Position numbers and translations under genes: made by a program
In this document: positions 8,665-17,610 of the stretch, piece by piece
How positions within the stretch are numbered: position 1 is the stretch's first letter
Layout of the letters: each line of letters begins with the position of its first letter
Notes under the pieces: model-generated
Told to the model about the DNA's origin: nothing
The model's database searches: none
What the model saw: the letters and a program-made list of their open reading frames with translations, nothing else
DNA from: Clostridia bacterium
GTDB taxonomy: Bacteria > Bacillota > Clostridia > Oscillospirales > RGIG5554
Assembly: GCA_017507855.1 (NCBI GenBank)
Contig: JAFWAE010000026.1
Span: 146,991-210,990 of the forward strand
Direction: 5' to 3'
Length of the DNA stretch: 64,000 nucleotides

Positions 8665-9729
8665 TTATAAAATAATCAATTCTTTTGGTGCTTTTGTGAG
8701 ATTTTCTATGCCATCGGCCCTTAAAACCGCCATGTCTTCGATGCGCACGCCGAATTTTCCGGGCAGATAGATGCCCGGTTCCACCGTGACCACGGCCCCT
8801 TCGGGAAGGGGCTCCGAGTTTTTGGGGGAAAGGCCCGGGGCCTCGTGAATGTCCAACCCCACACCGTGGCCGAGACTGTGGCCGAAGGCGTGGCCGTACC
8901 CCGCTTGGGAAATAACGTCGCGAGCCAGGGCGTCGGCTTGACAACCCGTGATCCCGGCCCTTAGGCCGCGGCAGGCGGTCAGCTGAGCCTCCAGCACCGT
9001 GGCGTATACCCTGCGGGCTTCCTCGCCCGGGTCACCCAGGCTGAGGGTACGAGTCATGTCGGAGCGGTAGCCGCCGCAGGTGGCACCGAAATCCAGGGTC
9101 AGCAGATCCCCCTTTTGCAGGCGTCTTTCCCCGGGAACTCCGTGGGGCAGAGACGTGTTGGGGCCGCTGACGGCAATGGTCTGAAAGGCGGGCGCCTCGG
9201 AGCCCCGCACGGCCATTTCGTATTCCAGCGCGGAGGCGATCTGCTGTTCGCTCATGCCGGGACAAAGCTTTTCCAGCAGGGCATCAAAGGCCTGCTCGGC
9301 AATGGCTTGGGCGCGGCGGATGAGGGCGATCTCCTCCCCGTCCTTGACGGAGCGAAGGAGGAGAAGCTCATTTTTCAGAGGTACGAAGGTTATATGAGGG
9401 TAGCGTTGGCGAAGGGTCTCGTATTGGGCTACGGAGAGGGTCAGGTCTTCAAAGCCCACACGTTGGACCCCGCAGCGGGCCAAAAGCTTACCCACTTTCT
9501 CGGCGGTATGGCCGTCCAGCAACTGTGCCTCACAGCCCTGCACCTGTTGGCGCGCGGCCTCGATGTAGCGGAAATCGGCAAAGCAGACGCTTTCCGCCGG
9601 GGTGATGACCGCAAAGCCGTCCGTCCAGGCAAAGCCTCCCGAGGCGTAACGGCAATTGGCCTCGTTGTAGAGAAGCAGGGCGTCCAAACGGTCGCCCAGC
9701 AGAGATTGCAGGCGGGGAAGATGGTTCAT
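8665..9729 (-). CDS. M24-family Xaa-Pro aminopeptidase/dipeptidase
   Basis: 354 aa with a creatinase-like N-domain and pita-bread metal ligands (LLTLDFGA..GGYRSDMTR, GHSLGHGVGLDIHE, VVTVEPGIY, IRIED). Confidence 0.9.
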   Translation of the reverse strand: MNHLPRLQSLLGDRLDALLLYNEANCRYASGGFAWTDGFAVITPAESVCFADFRYIEAARQQVQGCEAQLLDGHTAEKVGKLLARCGVQRVGFEDLTLSVAQYETLRQRYPHITFVPLKNELLLLRSVKDGEEIALIRRAQAIAEQAFDALLEKLCPGMSEQQIASALEYEMAVRGSEAPAFQTIAVSGPNTSLPHGVPGERRLQKGDLLTLDFGATCGGYRSDMTRTLSLGDPGEEARRVYATVLEAQLTACRGLRAGITGCQADALARDVISQAGYGHAFGHSLGHGVGLDIHEAPGLSPKNSEPLPEGAVVTVEPGIYLPGKFGVRIEDMAVLRADGIENLTKAPKELIIL

Positions 9730-9732
9730 GGA

Positions 9733-10230
9733 TCAGTGTCCTTTCTTGGCCCACGCCCACAGAAAAGGGGCTTCGGCTTTGCGTTTGAGGCGGATAAAGA
9801 AGGGCTCGGGGAAGGGCAGAGGCTCGGTGAGCACGGAAATGAGCCCTGCGCGGTTGGCACCGGCCATGTCCGTGAAAAGCTGGTCTCCCAAAAAGGCGGT
9901 GGTGGCGGGGTCGCTGTTGAGCAGGCGGCAGGCGTTCAAATAAGCACGGGGCTTGGGTTTTCCCGCCTTGGGTAGGCAGGGAAGGCCCAACGAGGCGTTA
10001 AAAAGCTCCACCCGTTGGGGGCCGTTGTTGGAGACCACGGCCACGGGAATGCCCGCTTGGTGCAGGCTTTCCAGCCAGGCGCAAACGGTGCTGTCCGCCG
10101 TGCCCACGTCGTGGGCGGCCAGGGTATTGTCAATGTCGCAGACCAGGGCCTTGGCGCCCATGCGTTGCAAAGCCTCGGCAGTCAGTCGGGTGTAATGGGA
10201 CACCCGGTAGCGGGGACGTAAACGGATCAT
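9733..10230 (-). CDS. YqeG-family HAD-IIIA phosphatase
   Basis: MIRLRPRYRVSHYTRLTAEALQRMGAKALVCDIDNTLA...VVSNN...KPKP...GDQLFTD. ATG 10230 overlaps the upstream TGA (ATGA). The track ORF extends to 10302 through an unlikely Arg/Cys-rich extension. Confidence 0.85.
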   Translation of the reverse strand: MIRLRPRYRVSHYTRLTAEALQRMGAKALVCDIDNTLAAHDVGTADSTVCAWLESLHQAGIPVAVVSNNGPQRVELFNASLGLPCLPKAGKPKPRAYLNACRLLNSDPATTAFLGDQLFTDMAGANRAGLISVLTEPLPFPEPFFIRLKRKAEAPFLWAWAKKGH

Positions 10231-12659
10231 TTTTTTCCTTTCTTGCGGGTCAGCAACCAGGCGGCGGCACCGGCCACAGCCACCGCACCTGCGGCGACCC
10301 AAGGCCAGGGGAAGGAGGGCTTTTCCACGGGCAGGGTCACCTGCTCGTCGTCGGCATCCGGCACGACGGCCTTGCCTTGCTCGGGGGCGGTGTCAGCCTT
10401 GTTGGGGCCAAAGCGGAAATTGTCGAACAGGAGACTGCCGCCCAAGGTGTCTTCCAGGGTGATCTGCAGGAATTTGACGTTGGAAAGAATGGCGATCAGC
10501 TCCGTGGACTTGTTGCAAACGTTGCCGTTTTCATCCGTCAGGTTGCGCAGATCCGTCACGAAGGTGTAGAAATCTCCGTCTGCGGCGGGCAGGACGGCGG
10601 TCTTTTCCCCGTTGCGGAAGGCGGCGATGTAGGTCTTGCCGTCGTAGGTCTGCAGCTGCACGAGCACGTTTTTGGCGCGGTCGTCCTCGTTTTTCAGGTC
10701 AAAGGCCATATACTGCAGGGTGAAGAAATTGTTTTCCTGGCTGACGTGCTGGAGGAAGGGACCGAAGCCCACGCAACCGTCGGCAGAAGCCTCGTAGGTC
10801 AGACGCAGGGAGGCAGAGCCTTCGGTCTTGGAGCCGCTTTCCTCCCCAAAGGTGCCCGCACCGCCCCGAATGGGGGAGGCCTGCCAGGCGTCCAGATAAT
10901 CGGAACCGCGGAAGGTCATGGGGATGACGGCGCCGTTGGTCATTTTAAAGGTGAACCCGTCGATAGAGCCCCAGGCGTGGAAATAACCCGAGTCTACCCA
11001 GATCTTGGTGCTGTTGCAGGCAGCCCAATCCTTATTGAAGGCGTAGGTCACACGGCTGAGGGAGTCGTGATGGCGGAAGGGGACGGCGGGCAGTCCTTCG
11101 CTGTTGCAAAGGTTGGCGTTGTTGTTCATGGCGGAGAAGGCGTAGTTGACACCCACGGGGGCAGAGAGGAAATCGCTCCACACGGTGACGGTGTCCTTGC
11201 CGGAGATAACGGCTCTGGCGGGGACGAACAGGCCGTTTTCGCCGCAGACCTCAAAGCCGTACACCTCCGTGCCGGAGGTGAGCGCCAGACCATTGCCCAC
11301 GTAATTGAAGTGCACGGTGAATTTGTTGCCGTTTTGTTCCACCGTGTCCACCGTGGGGGCGCGCCATTCGTGTTGGTAGCCGTAGATCATGCCCAGGGCC
11401 ACCTTGGCCATGCGCTCGCCTACTTGTTGCTTGGTAATGGGGTGAATGGGATGGTCTGTGGTAGGAGAGCTTACGCGCAGATTTTCATCCACCTTGGAGG
11501 AGGCGTAGGCGTTGGAATTGGAGATGGTGGGAATATCGTAAATGGGAACCTGCGCGCTGTATTGGGGATTCAGCTCCCAGGCGGTGGCCATGGCCTCGTT
11601 GATGCGGGGCCAGCGGTCGAAGCCCAGGGGGTAATAAAGCGTGTTTTGGTTCAGCAAAGTGCTGTGGGGGGCGATGTGGGCATAGATGAAGGGGATCTGC
11701 GTGCCCTCTTCCGCACGGAAGGCGGTGGAAACACTGCGCTGCAGGGCGTTGAGCAGGACGGTATAATCCTCGGGATAGGTGTTGTTGGATTCCCCCTGAT
11801 ACCAGATCATGCCGCGGATGTTGAAGCCGCTGATGGGGGCGATCTTGGTATTGTAGAAGGTGCTCATTTGCAGGTAATTGTCGTTGGTGACGGCCTCGAT
11901 CTTTTTGTAGAAGCCCAGGCGAGCTACGGCCGTTTTTACGTCTGCCTCCGTTTCGATGATCTGGCGGGGCAGATACAGCTCGATCAGCAGGCTGCCCATG
12001 GCCGTGTCGATCATGCCCACGGGCACCTCTGCGCCGTCTCGGTTCAGCGTGTCGTACAGCATACGGGCGTAGGTGTAGGAGACGCCGGAGGCCTGGCTGA
12101 TACCCGATTTGCTGGTGCCGTCGTACCAACGGCAGTTGCGGTAGTCAAATTGGGGGCGGGCCAGCTTCGCTCCGTTTTCCGCAGGGTTGACGGGCATGAT
12201 CATCAGGCGCAGGTTGGGACGGGTATTATCGTTGACCAACGCCTTGCTGCCCATGATGTTGTTGACCTGAAAATACATATTGGATTGGCCTGCGGAAACG
12301 AACAACTCACCGATGAGGATCTCTTTGAACGTTTTTTTCGCCGAGCCGCTGACGGTGAGGGTATAAGAAGTGAAGGAGGCCTCAATGGGGTCCAGCTCCA
12401 CGCGCCAATAACCGTTTTCACCGGCCACGGCGGTTCCCGTGCGGGTCAGCTTATCGGATGCCAGCGTGACGCTGACCTCTGTACCGGGCACGTCCACGCC
12501 CCATACGCCGATGGGCTTTTGCTGTTGGAACAGCATTTTATTTTGGAAAAAGGAAGGGAGCTTCAAGGTCGTGGGGGCGGGAAATTCCATAGCCCAATCG
12601 GCCTCGGAAGCGGTAAAGGGGGAGTATGCGGAGTTTTTTTTCGGCGGCCAGCGCGCCAC
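10227..12659 (-). CDS. sialate O-acetylesterase (SASA)-family carbohydrate esterase with C-terminal membrane anchor; 5' end disrupted by a frameshift
   Basis: The 810-aa ORF carries SASA motifs FVSAGQSNMYF, MIWYQGESN and DHPIHPITKQQVGERMA. It ends in a hydrophobic tail followed by RKKGKK. The ORF as drawn starts at GTG 12659. A signal peptide with a good RBS (ATG 12726) lies in another frame just upstream, across an A8 run (see findings). Confidence 0.8.
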   Translation of the reverse strand: MARWPPKKNSAYSPFTASEADWAMEFPAPTTLKLPSFFQNKMLFQQQKPIGVWGVDVPGTEVSVTLASDKLTRTGTAVAGENGYWRVELDPIEASFTSYTLTVSGSAKKTFKEILIGELFVSAGQSNMYFQVNNIMGSKALVNDNTRPNLRLMIMPVNPAENGAKLARPQFDYRNCRWYDGTSKSGISQASGVSYTYARMLYDTLNRDGAEVPVGMIDTAMGSLLIELYLPRQIIETEADVKTAVARLGFYKKIEAVTNDNYLQMSTFYNTKIAPISGFNIRGMIWYQGESNNTYPEDYTVLLNALQRSVSTAFRAEEGTQIPFIYAHIAPHSTLLNQNTLYYPLGFDRWPRINEAMATAWELNPQYSAQVPIYDIPTISNSNAYASSKVDENLRVSSPTTDHPIHPITKQQVGERMAKVALGMIYGYQHEWRAPTVDTVEQNGNKFTVHFNYVGNGLALTSGTEVYGFEVCGENGLFVPARAVISGKDTVTVWSDFLSAPVGVNYAFSAMNNNANLCNSEGLPAVPFRHHDSLSRVTYAFNKDWAACNSTKIWVDSGYFHAWGSIDGFTFKMTNGAVIPMTFRGSDYLDAWQASPIRGGAGTFGEESGSKTEGSASLRLTYEASADGCVGFGPFLQHVSQENNFFTLQYMAFDLKNEDDRAKNVLVQLQTYDGKTYIAAFRNGEKTAVLPAADGDFYTFVTDLRNLTDENGNVCNKSTELIAILSNVKFLQITLEDTLGGSLLFDNFRFGPNKADTAPEQGKAVVPDADDEQVTLPVEKPSFPWPWVAAGAVAVAGAAAWLLTRKKGKK

Positions 12660-12844
12660 CGGTCATCAGGGAAAGAGCCATGCCCAACACCAGTCCTTTC
12701 AAAACGGTTGAGATCAATTTCTTCATGTGGATGTTCCTCCTTATAAATAGGGTGCGGGAACAGTTTTTTTCAGTATACCGAAAATGCAAAAAAAATGCAA
12801 CACATAAAAGGTCAAAAAAGCATGAAAACGCATTTTTTCTTTGC

Positions 12845-12888
12845 AAAAAAGGAAATCAAAAGGCCGTCCGACGTACGTCGGACGGCCA
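12845..12888 (-). terminator. rho-independent terminator after the 291-aa membrane protein gene
   Basis: Perfect palindrome GGCCGTCCGACG-TA-CGTCGGACGGCC (12862-12887). On the minus strand it is followed by TTTTGATTTCCTTTTTT. Confidence 0.7.
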
Positions 12889-12896
12889 AAGGGCTG

Positions 12897-13772
12897 TTAC
12901 TCGGTGGGGGGCTCCTCCTCGGCAGAGGGGAAGGGGACGGCCTCGGTCTGGCGGTAACGGGCGGCGCTGCCTGCCTGCCAAAGGGACAAGGCGGCGTATA
13001 GGGCCAGCACGGTGTCCAAAGCAAAGGCAAAAACGGGCTGTTGGGCGGCAAAAAGAGGTCGGCAGTCCACACTGCCCTGCAGGGCCAGCCACAGGCGGGG
13101 CAAGGCCGTAACGGGGGTCAATACGGCGGCGGCAAAAGCTGCGGCCGTGTAAGAGCCTGCCGGCAGGCTGAAGGCCAGGGCCTTGGCCTGGGCGTAAAAG
13201 AACAGCATCAAAGCAATAAGGGAAAGCAGCTCTGCCACGCGAAGGGGGGTGTTCAGGATGGTCTCAAAATGGATGAACACCAGGATCAGGCGGATGATGC
13301 AGAAAGCCACGGCCAAAAGCCCTGCCAAACGGGGACGGGGGCAGCGGCGGCATTCGTAAAGGAACATCAGCCCGAAAAAGACGGCGGCGCACAGGTACGC
13401 CACGGCGTAGCAGGCAAAGGGAAGCTTATCCGTCACAGCGGGGGAAAAGAGCTTGGAGGTGTTGGCAAAGCAGCTTGCGGCGGCCAACAAAGCGGCAATG
13501 CTGACCAAAAACAGGCGCACGGGGGAGGTTTCGGTAAACAGAGCCTCGGCCGCAGGCGCAGTCTTTTTGCGCCCTGCGATTAGCAGGAGTACGGCGGCGG
13601 CCAGGGCGGCCAGCAGGGCCCCCGTCAGCAACGGGGCGGTCCAATGGGCACGGGTGTAAAAGCCCGTGGTGGGGGAAATGAGCTCTCCAAGCTGCCAAAT
13701 GCGGATCCCTGCGGCGGCCAACGCCGTGGCAAGACCCGCAAGGGTCAGGCTTTTTACGATCTTTAAAAACAT
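12897..13772 (-). CDS. hypothetical polytopic membrane protein (291 aa)
   Basis: Six or more hydrophobic segments, Ala/Leu-rich, with an acidic C-terminus. AAGGAAGG RBS precedes ATG 13772. I recognise no family. Confidence 0.65.
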   Translation of the reverse strand: MFLKIVKSLTLAGLATALAAAGIRIWQLGELISPTTGFYTRAHWTAPLLTGALLAALAAAVLLLIAGRKKTAPAAEALFTETSPVRLFLVSIAALLAAASCFANTSKLFSPAVTDKLPFACYAVAYLCAAVFFGLMFLYECRRCPRPRLAGLLAVAFCIIRLILVFIHFETILNTPLRVAELLSLIALMLFFYAQAKALAFSLPAGSYTAAAFAAAVLTPVTALPRLWLALQGSVDCRPLFAAQQPVFAFALDTVLALYAALSLWQAGSAARYRQTEAVPFPSAEEEPPTE

Positions 13773-13824
13773 GATAGCGAACCTTCCTTACTGCGGCACA
13801 GACCGCAGGATTCGAAAACGGGCC

Positions 13825-15174
13825 TCAGCGGCGGTCCAAAGGCACGTATTGGGTGGCCAGCAAAAGATCCTTGTAAGCGGGGCGAATGATGCGGGCGTTG
13901 GTGAACAGCTCCTCGATGCGGTGGGCGCACCAGCCGGGCACGCGGGCCATGGCAAACAGGGCCGTGTACAGTTCTTCGGGGATGCGCAGGGCCTTGTACA
14001 CCAGGCCGGAATACATATCCACGTTGGCACACATGGTCTGCTGGCGGCCTTTGGCCTCGGAAAGAATGGCGGGAGCCAAGCGCTCCACGGCGTCGTGCAG
14101 CAGAAACTCGTCCATCATGCCGTTGGTTTCCATCAGGCTTTGGGCGTAGCGCTTGAGCACCTGGGTGCGCGGGTCGCTGAGGGTGTAGATGGCGTGGCCC
14201 ATGCCGTAGATCAGGCCGCTTCCGTCGCCGCCTTGCTTGGCCACGATCTTGCGAAGGCAGTCGGCCACCTGGGCGTCGTCGGACCAGTCGGCCACGTTGG
14301 CCTTGATGTATTCAAACATTTCGCAGACCTTGATGTTGGCGCCGCCGTGCTTGGGCCCCTTCAGCGAGCCGATGGCGGCCCCGATGGAGGCGTAGGAATC
14401 GGTGCCCGAGGAGCTGAGAACGCGGCAGGCGAAGGTGGAGTTGTTGCCGCCGCCGTGCTCGGCGTGAAGGGTCAGGCAAAGGTCCAGCAAGCGAGCCTCT
14501 TCCTCGGTGTAGGTGTGGTCGGTGCGCAGCACGTACAAAAAGTTTTCCGCCATGCTCAGCCCGGGCTTGGGATTGTGCATGACCAGGCTTTTATGATCGT
14601 AATAATGACGCTTGGCGCGGTAGGCGTAAGCGATGATGGTGGGGAAGCTGGCAATGAGGCGGATGCTTTGGAGCAATACGTTCTCCATGGAGGTATCGTC
14701 GGCCTTTTCGTCGTAGGAATACAAAGAAAGCACCGCGCGCGAAAGCTTGTTCATGATGTTGGGGGAGGGGCATTTGAAAATGATGTCCTCCGCAAAGCCG
14801 GTGGGCAGGACGCAGAATTCCTCCAGCAGGGTGCGGAATTCAGCCAGCCTTTGGGCGGTGGGCAAATGGCCGAAGAGCAACAGGTAGGCCGTTTCCTCAA
14901 AGCCGAAGCGCCCGTCGTTGACGGCGCCTTCCACCAGGTCCATCACGTTGATGCCGCGGTAGCGCAGGCTTCCCTTATCAGGCTGGCGCTCGCCTTCGTT
15001 GACCACGAATCCGTGGACGTTGCCGATCTGCGTCAGGCCGGCCACCACACCCGTACCGTCGGGGTTGCGCAGGCCGCGCTTGACGTTGTAAAGATTATAG
15101 TTTTCCGGGTCGATAGTGTTGGCCTTGCGGCATTCATCCACCAGCTCCCGGAGTAATTCGTTGGGATAGGTCAT
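13825..15174 (-). CDS. citrate synthase
   Basis: 449 aa with LTLHAEHGGGNNSTF, GSLKGPKHGGAN and GMGHAIY..DPR motifs. AGGAG RBS is present. Confidence 0.92.
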   Translation of the reverse strand: MTYPNELLRELVDECRKANTIDPENYNLYNVKRGLRNPDGTGVVAGLTQIGNVHGFVVNEGERQPDKGSLRYRGINVMDLVEGAVNDGRFGFEETAYLLLFGHLPTAQRLAEFRTLLEEFCVLPTGFAEDIIFKCPSPNIMNKLSRAVLSLYSYDEKADDTSMENVLLQSIRLIASFPTIIAYAYRAKRHYYDHKSLVMHNPKPGLSMAENFLYVLRTDHTYTEEEARLLDLCLTLHAEHGGGNNSTFACRVLSSSGTDSYASIGAAIGSLKGPKHGGANIKVCEMFEYIKANVADWSDDAQVADCLRKIVAKQGGDGSGLIYGMGHAIYTLSDPRTQVLKRYAQSLMETNGMMDEFLLHDAVERLAPAILSEAKGRQQTMCANVDMYSGLVYKALRIPEELYTALFAMARVPGWCAHRIEELFTNARIIRPAYKDLLLATQYVPLDRR

Positions 15175-15230
15175 GGGTAAAGCTCCTTTTTTTAGGGTGG
15201 CAAACGAAAAAGCTTCGTTCTTAACTACTT

Positions 15231-15260
15231 ATTATATACGAAAGTACGTTTTTATGTCAA
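15231..15260 (-). promoter_or_regulatory. candidate sigma-A promoter for citrate synthase
   Basis: Minus strand reads TTGACA, 18-nt spacer, TATAAT. Confidence 0.5.
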
Positions 15261-15339
15261 CGGCTTTTTGAAAAAAAGAAACATTTTTATTCGTTTTTTC
15301 GCTGTGAAGCGGGCCCGACGGACCGAAACGGGGGAAAAG

Positions 15340-15381
15340 AGAAAAAAGAAAAAGCACCGCCGCAAAGGTCTGCGGCGGTGC
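15340..15381 (-). terminator. rho-independent terminator after the beta-helix lipoprotein gene
   Basis: GCACCGCCGCA-loop-TGCGGCGGTGC (11 bp), followed on the minus strand by a T-rich run. Confidence 0.7.
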
Positions 15382-15396
15382 CAAAGGGAAGATCGA

Positions 15397-17565
15397 TCAG
15401 TTTTCCTGTACGGAGGGCTCGGTCTTGTCCCCGATGGTCAGGCGGTTGAAAAGGGTCAGCGCGCCGCTTTGGCGGACGTAGGAGCTGCCGTTCCAGCGCA
15501 TGACGTTCAGGGCTTGTACCTGCCCGCCGTTCATGTTCAGCAGCGGGCCGCCCAGGTTATCTGCCCCCATGCCGATGACGGAAACGCGGCTGTTTTGGGA
15601 AGAGATCAGGGTGTGAGCGCCGTAGGCAAAGGAGTTGGAGATGAGCAGATCCTCCGTATCACAGGCGCGGATATACTCCAGCTGTTGGCGGGTGATGGGA
15701 TCAAACACCAGCTCAAAGACCTTAGCCTCGTCCGGCCAGGGATCGCAAAGGGCGGTCAGCCCGTGGCGCGTGATGACCGTGCCGTTTTGCAGGCAGCCTT
15801 CAATGAGGTTTCCGCATCCGCCGTTGATGGCAAAGGCGTTACGATAGCAGCCCGTGGTCACTTTTTTGATCACGGAATCCGTGCAATCGGCAAAGTCGAT
15901 ACCCAGATAGGCGGCGGCGATGGACAGGTTTTCCGCGCGAAGTCCCTTGCCGCTGCCGCGAATGGCGTAGGTGCAGGGACGGCAGGTGGCATTGAGGGGG
16001 CTGTTTTTGGTGTAGAAGATATGCAGGCCCGATACGGCGGCACGGTCTCCCGCCAACGTAATGAGTGCTTGGCCGGTGAAGGGATCTGCGGCGTCATAGC
16101 CGTAGTCACCCAGCAGGATCGTGCCCAGGCTGGTGCCGCTTTGACCGCGGCCCGCTACACTACCCGCACCCCGCAGCTCTACCCCTGCGGGAATGGTGAT
16201 GGGAGAGGTGAGCAAATAGCGTCCTGCAGGCAGGTACACCAGTCCGCCTCCCTCGCGGCCCGCGCGGTCCAGCAGGGCCTGCAATTGGGCAGAGGCATCC
16301 TCTTGCCCGTTGGCGGGGATCTTATCGGTAAAAAGCACGGCGGAGGTGGAGGGGGTGGGGACGGCTTTCAGCACGAAGGCAGACAGGTCGGTCTTTTCCG
16401 CATTTCGGTCCACCGTGCCGCTGACGGAGCCCGCCAGGGTCACCCCTGCCAGCTTGACGGTGCCGCCGGTGTTGTTGATCAGCGCGGCCTCGCTTCCGGC
16501 CAGAGAGGAGGCGGCGATCAGGGCGCCCCAACGGGTGTCGATGGCGTCGGCGCGGAAGGCCACGTTGCAATCCAGCACGTTCAGGTTGTAGAAGGAACCG
16601 GCAAATTCAATGCGCTTTCCCTTCACCAAATGCACGCCCGTGGCGCATTGGGACACCGAGACATTGGAAAACTGAGTCCATTCCAGGTCTCCCAGGATCA
16701 GGGCGGTGGTATTTTTTCGGGTGTATTGGCGCAAGGCGGTGGCGTCGGAGCAGGCGTAGCCGTAAGCGGCGTCGGCCCAGTAATCGGGGCTGACGGTCAC
16801 GTTGCGCCAGGTGCCCACGTCTGCCTGGTTATAAGCCTCGGCGGCGCAGTACAGGAAGGTTCCTTTGAAATTTTCTACCGTCATCATTTCGTGCACGGGG
16901 GCACCGGATACGCAGGCACCCAGGCCGCGGTAGCCGTTGATGACCGCGCAGTCGATAATGGACTGCAGCATATAGCCGTTTTGGGTGTTGCTGCCCGCCA
17001 CGTAGAAGGTGAAGGGATAGGGCTTAACGTCCCGGATATCCTGCTGAGGATAGTACACCGTAATCCCCCGCACGCCTGCGCTTCCGGCAATGGAGATCAG
17101 GGCGGGGAGGGGGGTGTCACGGCTGGGAGGGGTAGCCAACAGCACCGTGCCGTAGCCGCGGCCCTCGTCGGGGTCGATCCAGTCGCCTGCCAGGGTGACG
17201 AAGGCGGGGATCTTCAACGTGCCGCTGACCAGATACTGGCCTGCGGGCAACCACACCGTACCTCCCATGGGGCAGGAGGCCAGGGCGCGATTAATGGCGG
17301 AGGTGCTGTCCGTTTGGCCGGTGGGGTCGGCGTTGAAGGGGTGGTTGGTGGCCACGACATCCACCACCAACACCTGCGCACCGCACTGCACGGTCATGGG
17401 CGTTTGAAAGGGCTCGTACGTGTAGGTGGGAGGGGCTTGCAGGGTGGTAGGAGGCGCGGGGGTCGTATCGGGTTGGGCCGTTTTCGGGGCCTCCACACAG
17501 GAGACCAAGCCGGGAAGAAGGAGGAAGGAAAGAAGAAGGGAAAGGCATTTGCGCACGTTTTTCAT
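15397..17565 (-). CDS. lipoprotein with two tandem pectate-lyase-3-type beta-helix domains (GH55-like architecture; GH28-related protein)
   Basis: Signal peptide with lipobox (LLLPGLVSC). Two copies of the PF12708-like opening: FNADPTGQTDSTSAINRALASCPMGGTVWLPAGQYLVSGTLKIP and NGQEDASAQLQALLDRAGREGGGLVYLPAGRYLLTSPITIP. Confidence 0.75.
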   Translation of the reverse strand: MKNVRKCLSLLLSFLLLPGLVSCVEAPKTAQPDTTPAPPTTLQAPPTYTYEPFQTPMTVQCGAQVLVVDVVATNHPFNADPTGQTDSTSAINRALASCPMGGTVWLPAGQYLVSGTLKIPAFVTLAGDWIDPDEGRGYGTVLLATPPSRDTPLPALISIAGSAGVRGITVYYPQQDIRDVKPYPFTFYVAGSNTQNGYMLQSIIDCAVINGYRGLGACVSGAPVHEMMTVENFKGTFLYCAAEAYNQADVGTWRNVTVSPDYWADAAYGYACSDATALRQYTRKNTTALILGDLEWTQFSNVSVSQCATGVHLVKGKRIEFAGSFYNLNVLDCNVAFRADAIDTRWGALIAASSLAGSEAALINNTGGTVKLAGVTLAGSVSGTVDRNAEKTDLSAFVLKAVPTPSTSAVLFTDKIPANGQEDASAQLQALLDRAGREGGGLVYLPAGRYLLTSPITIPAGVELRGAGSVAGRGQSGTSLGTILLGDYGYDAADPFTGQALITLAGDRAAVSGLHIFYTKNSPLNATCRPCTYAIRGSGKGLRAENLSIAAAYLGIDFADCTDSVIKKVTTGCYRNAFAINGGCGNLIEGCLQNGTVITRHGLTALCDPWPDEAKVFELVFDPITRQQLEYIRACDTEDLLISNSFAYGAHTLISSQNSRVSVIGMGADNLGGPLLNMNGGQVQALNVMRWNGSSYVRQSGALTLFNRLTIGDKTEPSVQEN

Positions 17566-17610
17566 ATTGATCCGTCCTTTTCTATGTAAAATGGGGTAGG
17601 CAACGATAGG

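Noticed and set aside
10377-12746. 789-aa plus-strand ORF
   Set aside because: It lies entirely antisense to the SASA esterase gene, which has clear family motifs. Its translation is low-complexity and G/V/A/H-rich, as is typical for the stop-poor antisense frame of GC3-rich genes. No RBS or family motif.
15268-17589. 773-aa plus-strand ORF (also 13666..15156, 33603..35342, 36488..37582, 41740..43137, 44445..45497, 46415..47476, 48857..50314, 53102..54226 and 54236..55216)
   Set aside because: All are mirror-frame ORFs inside confidently identified genes (beta-helix lipoprotein, citrate synthase, metG, pyk, ribosomal proteins, secY, rpsD/rpoA). They are rejected as compositional artefacts.
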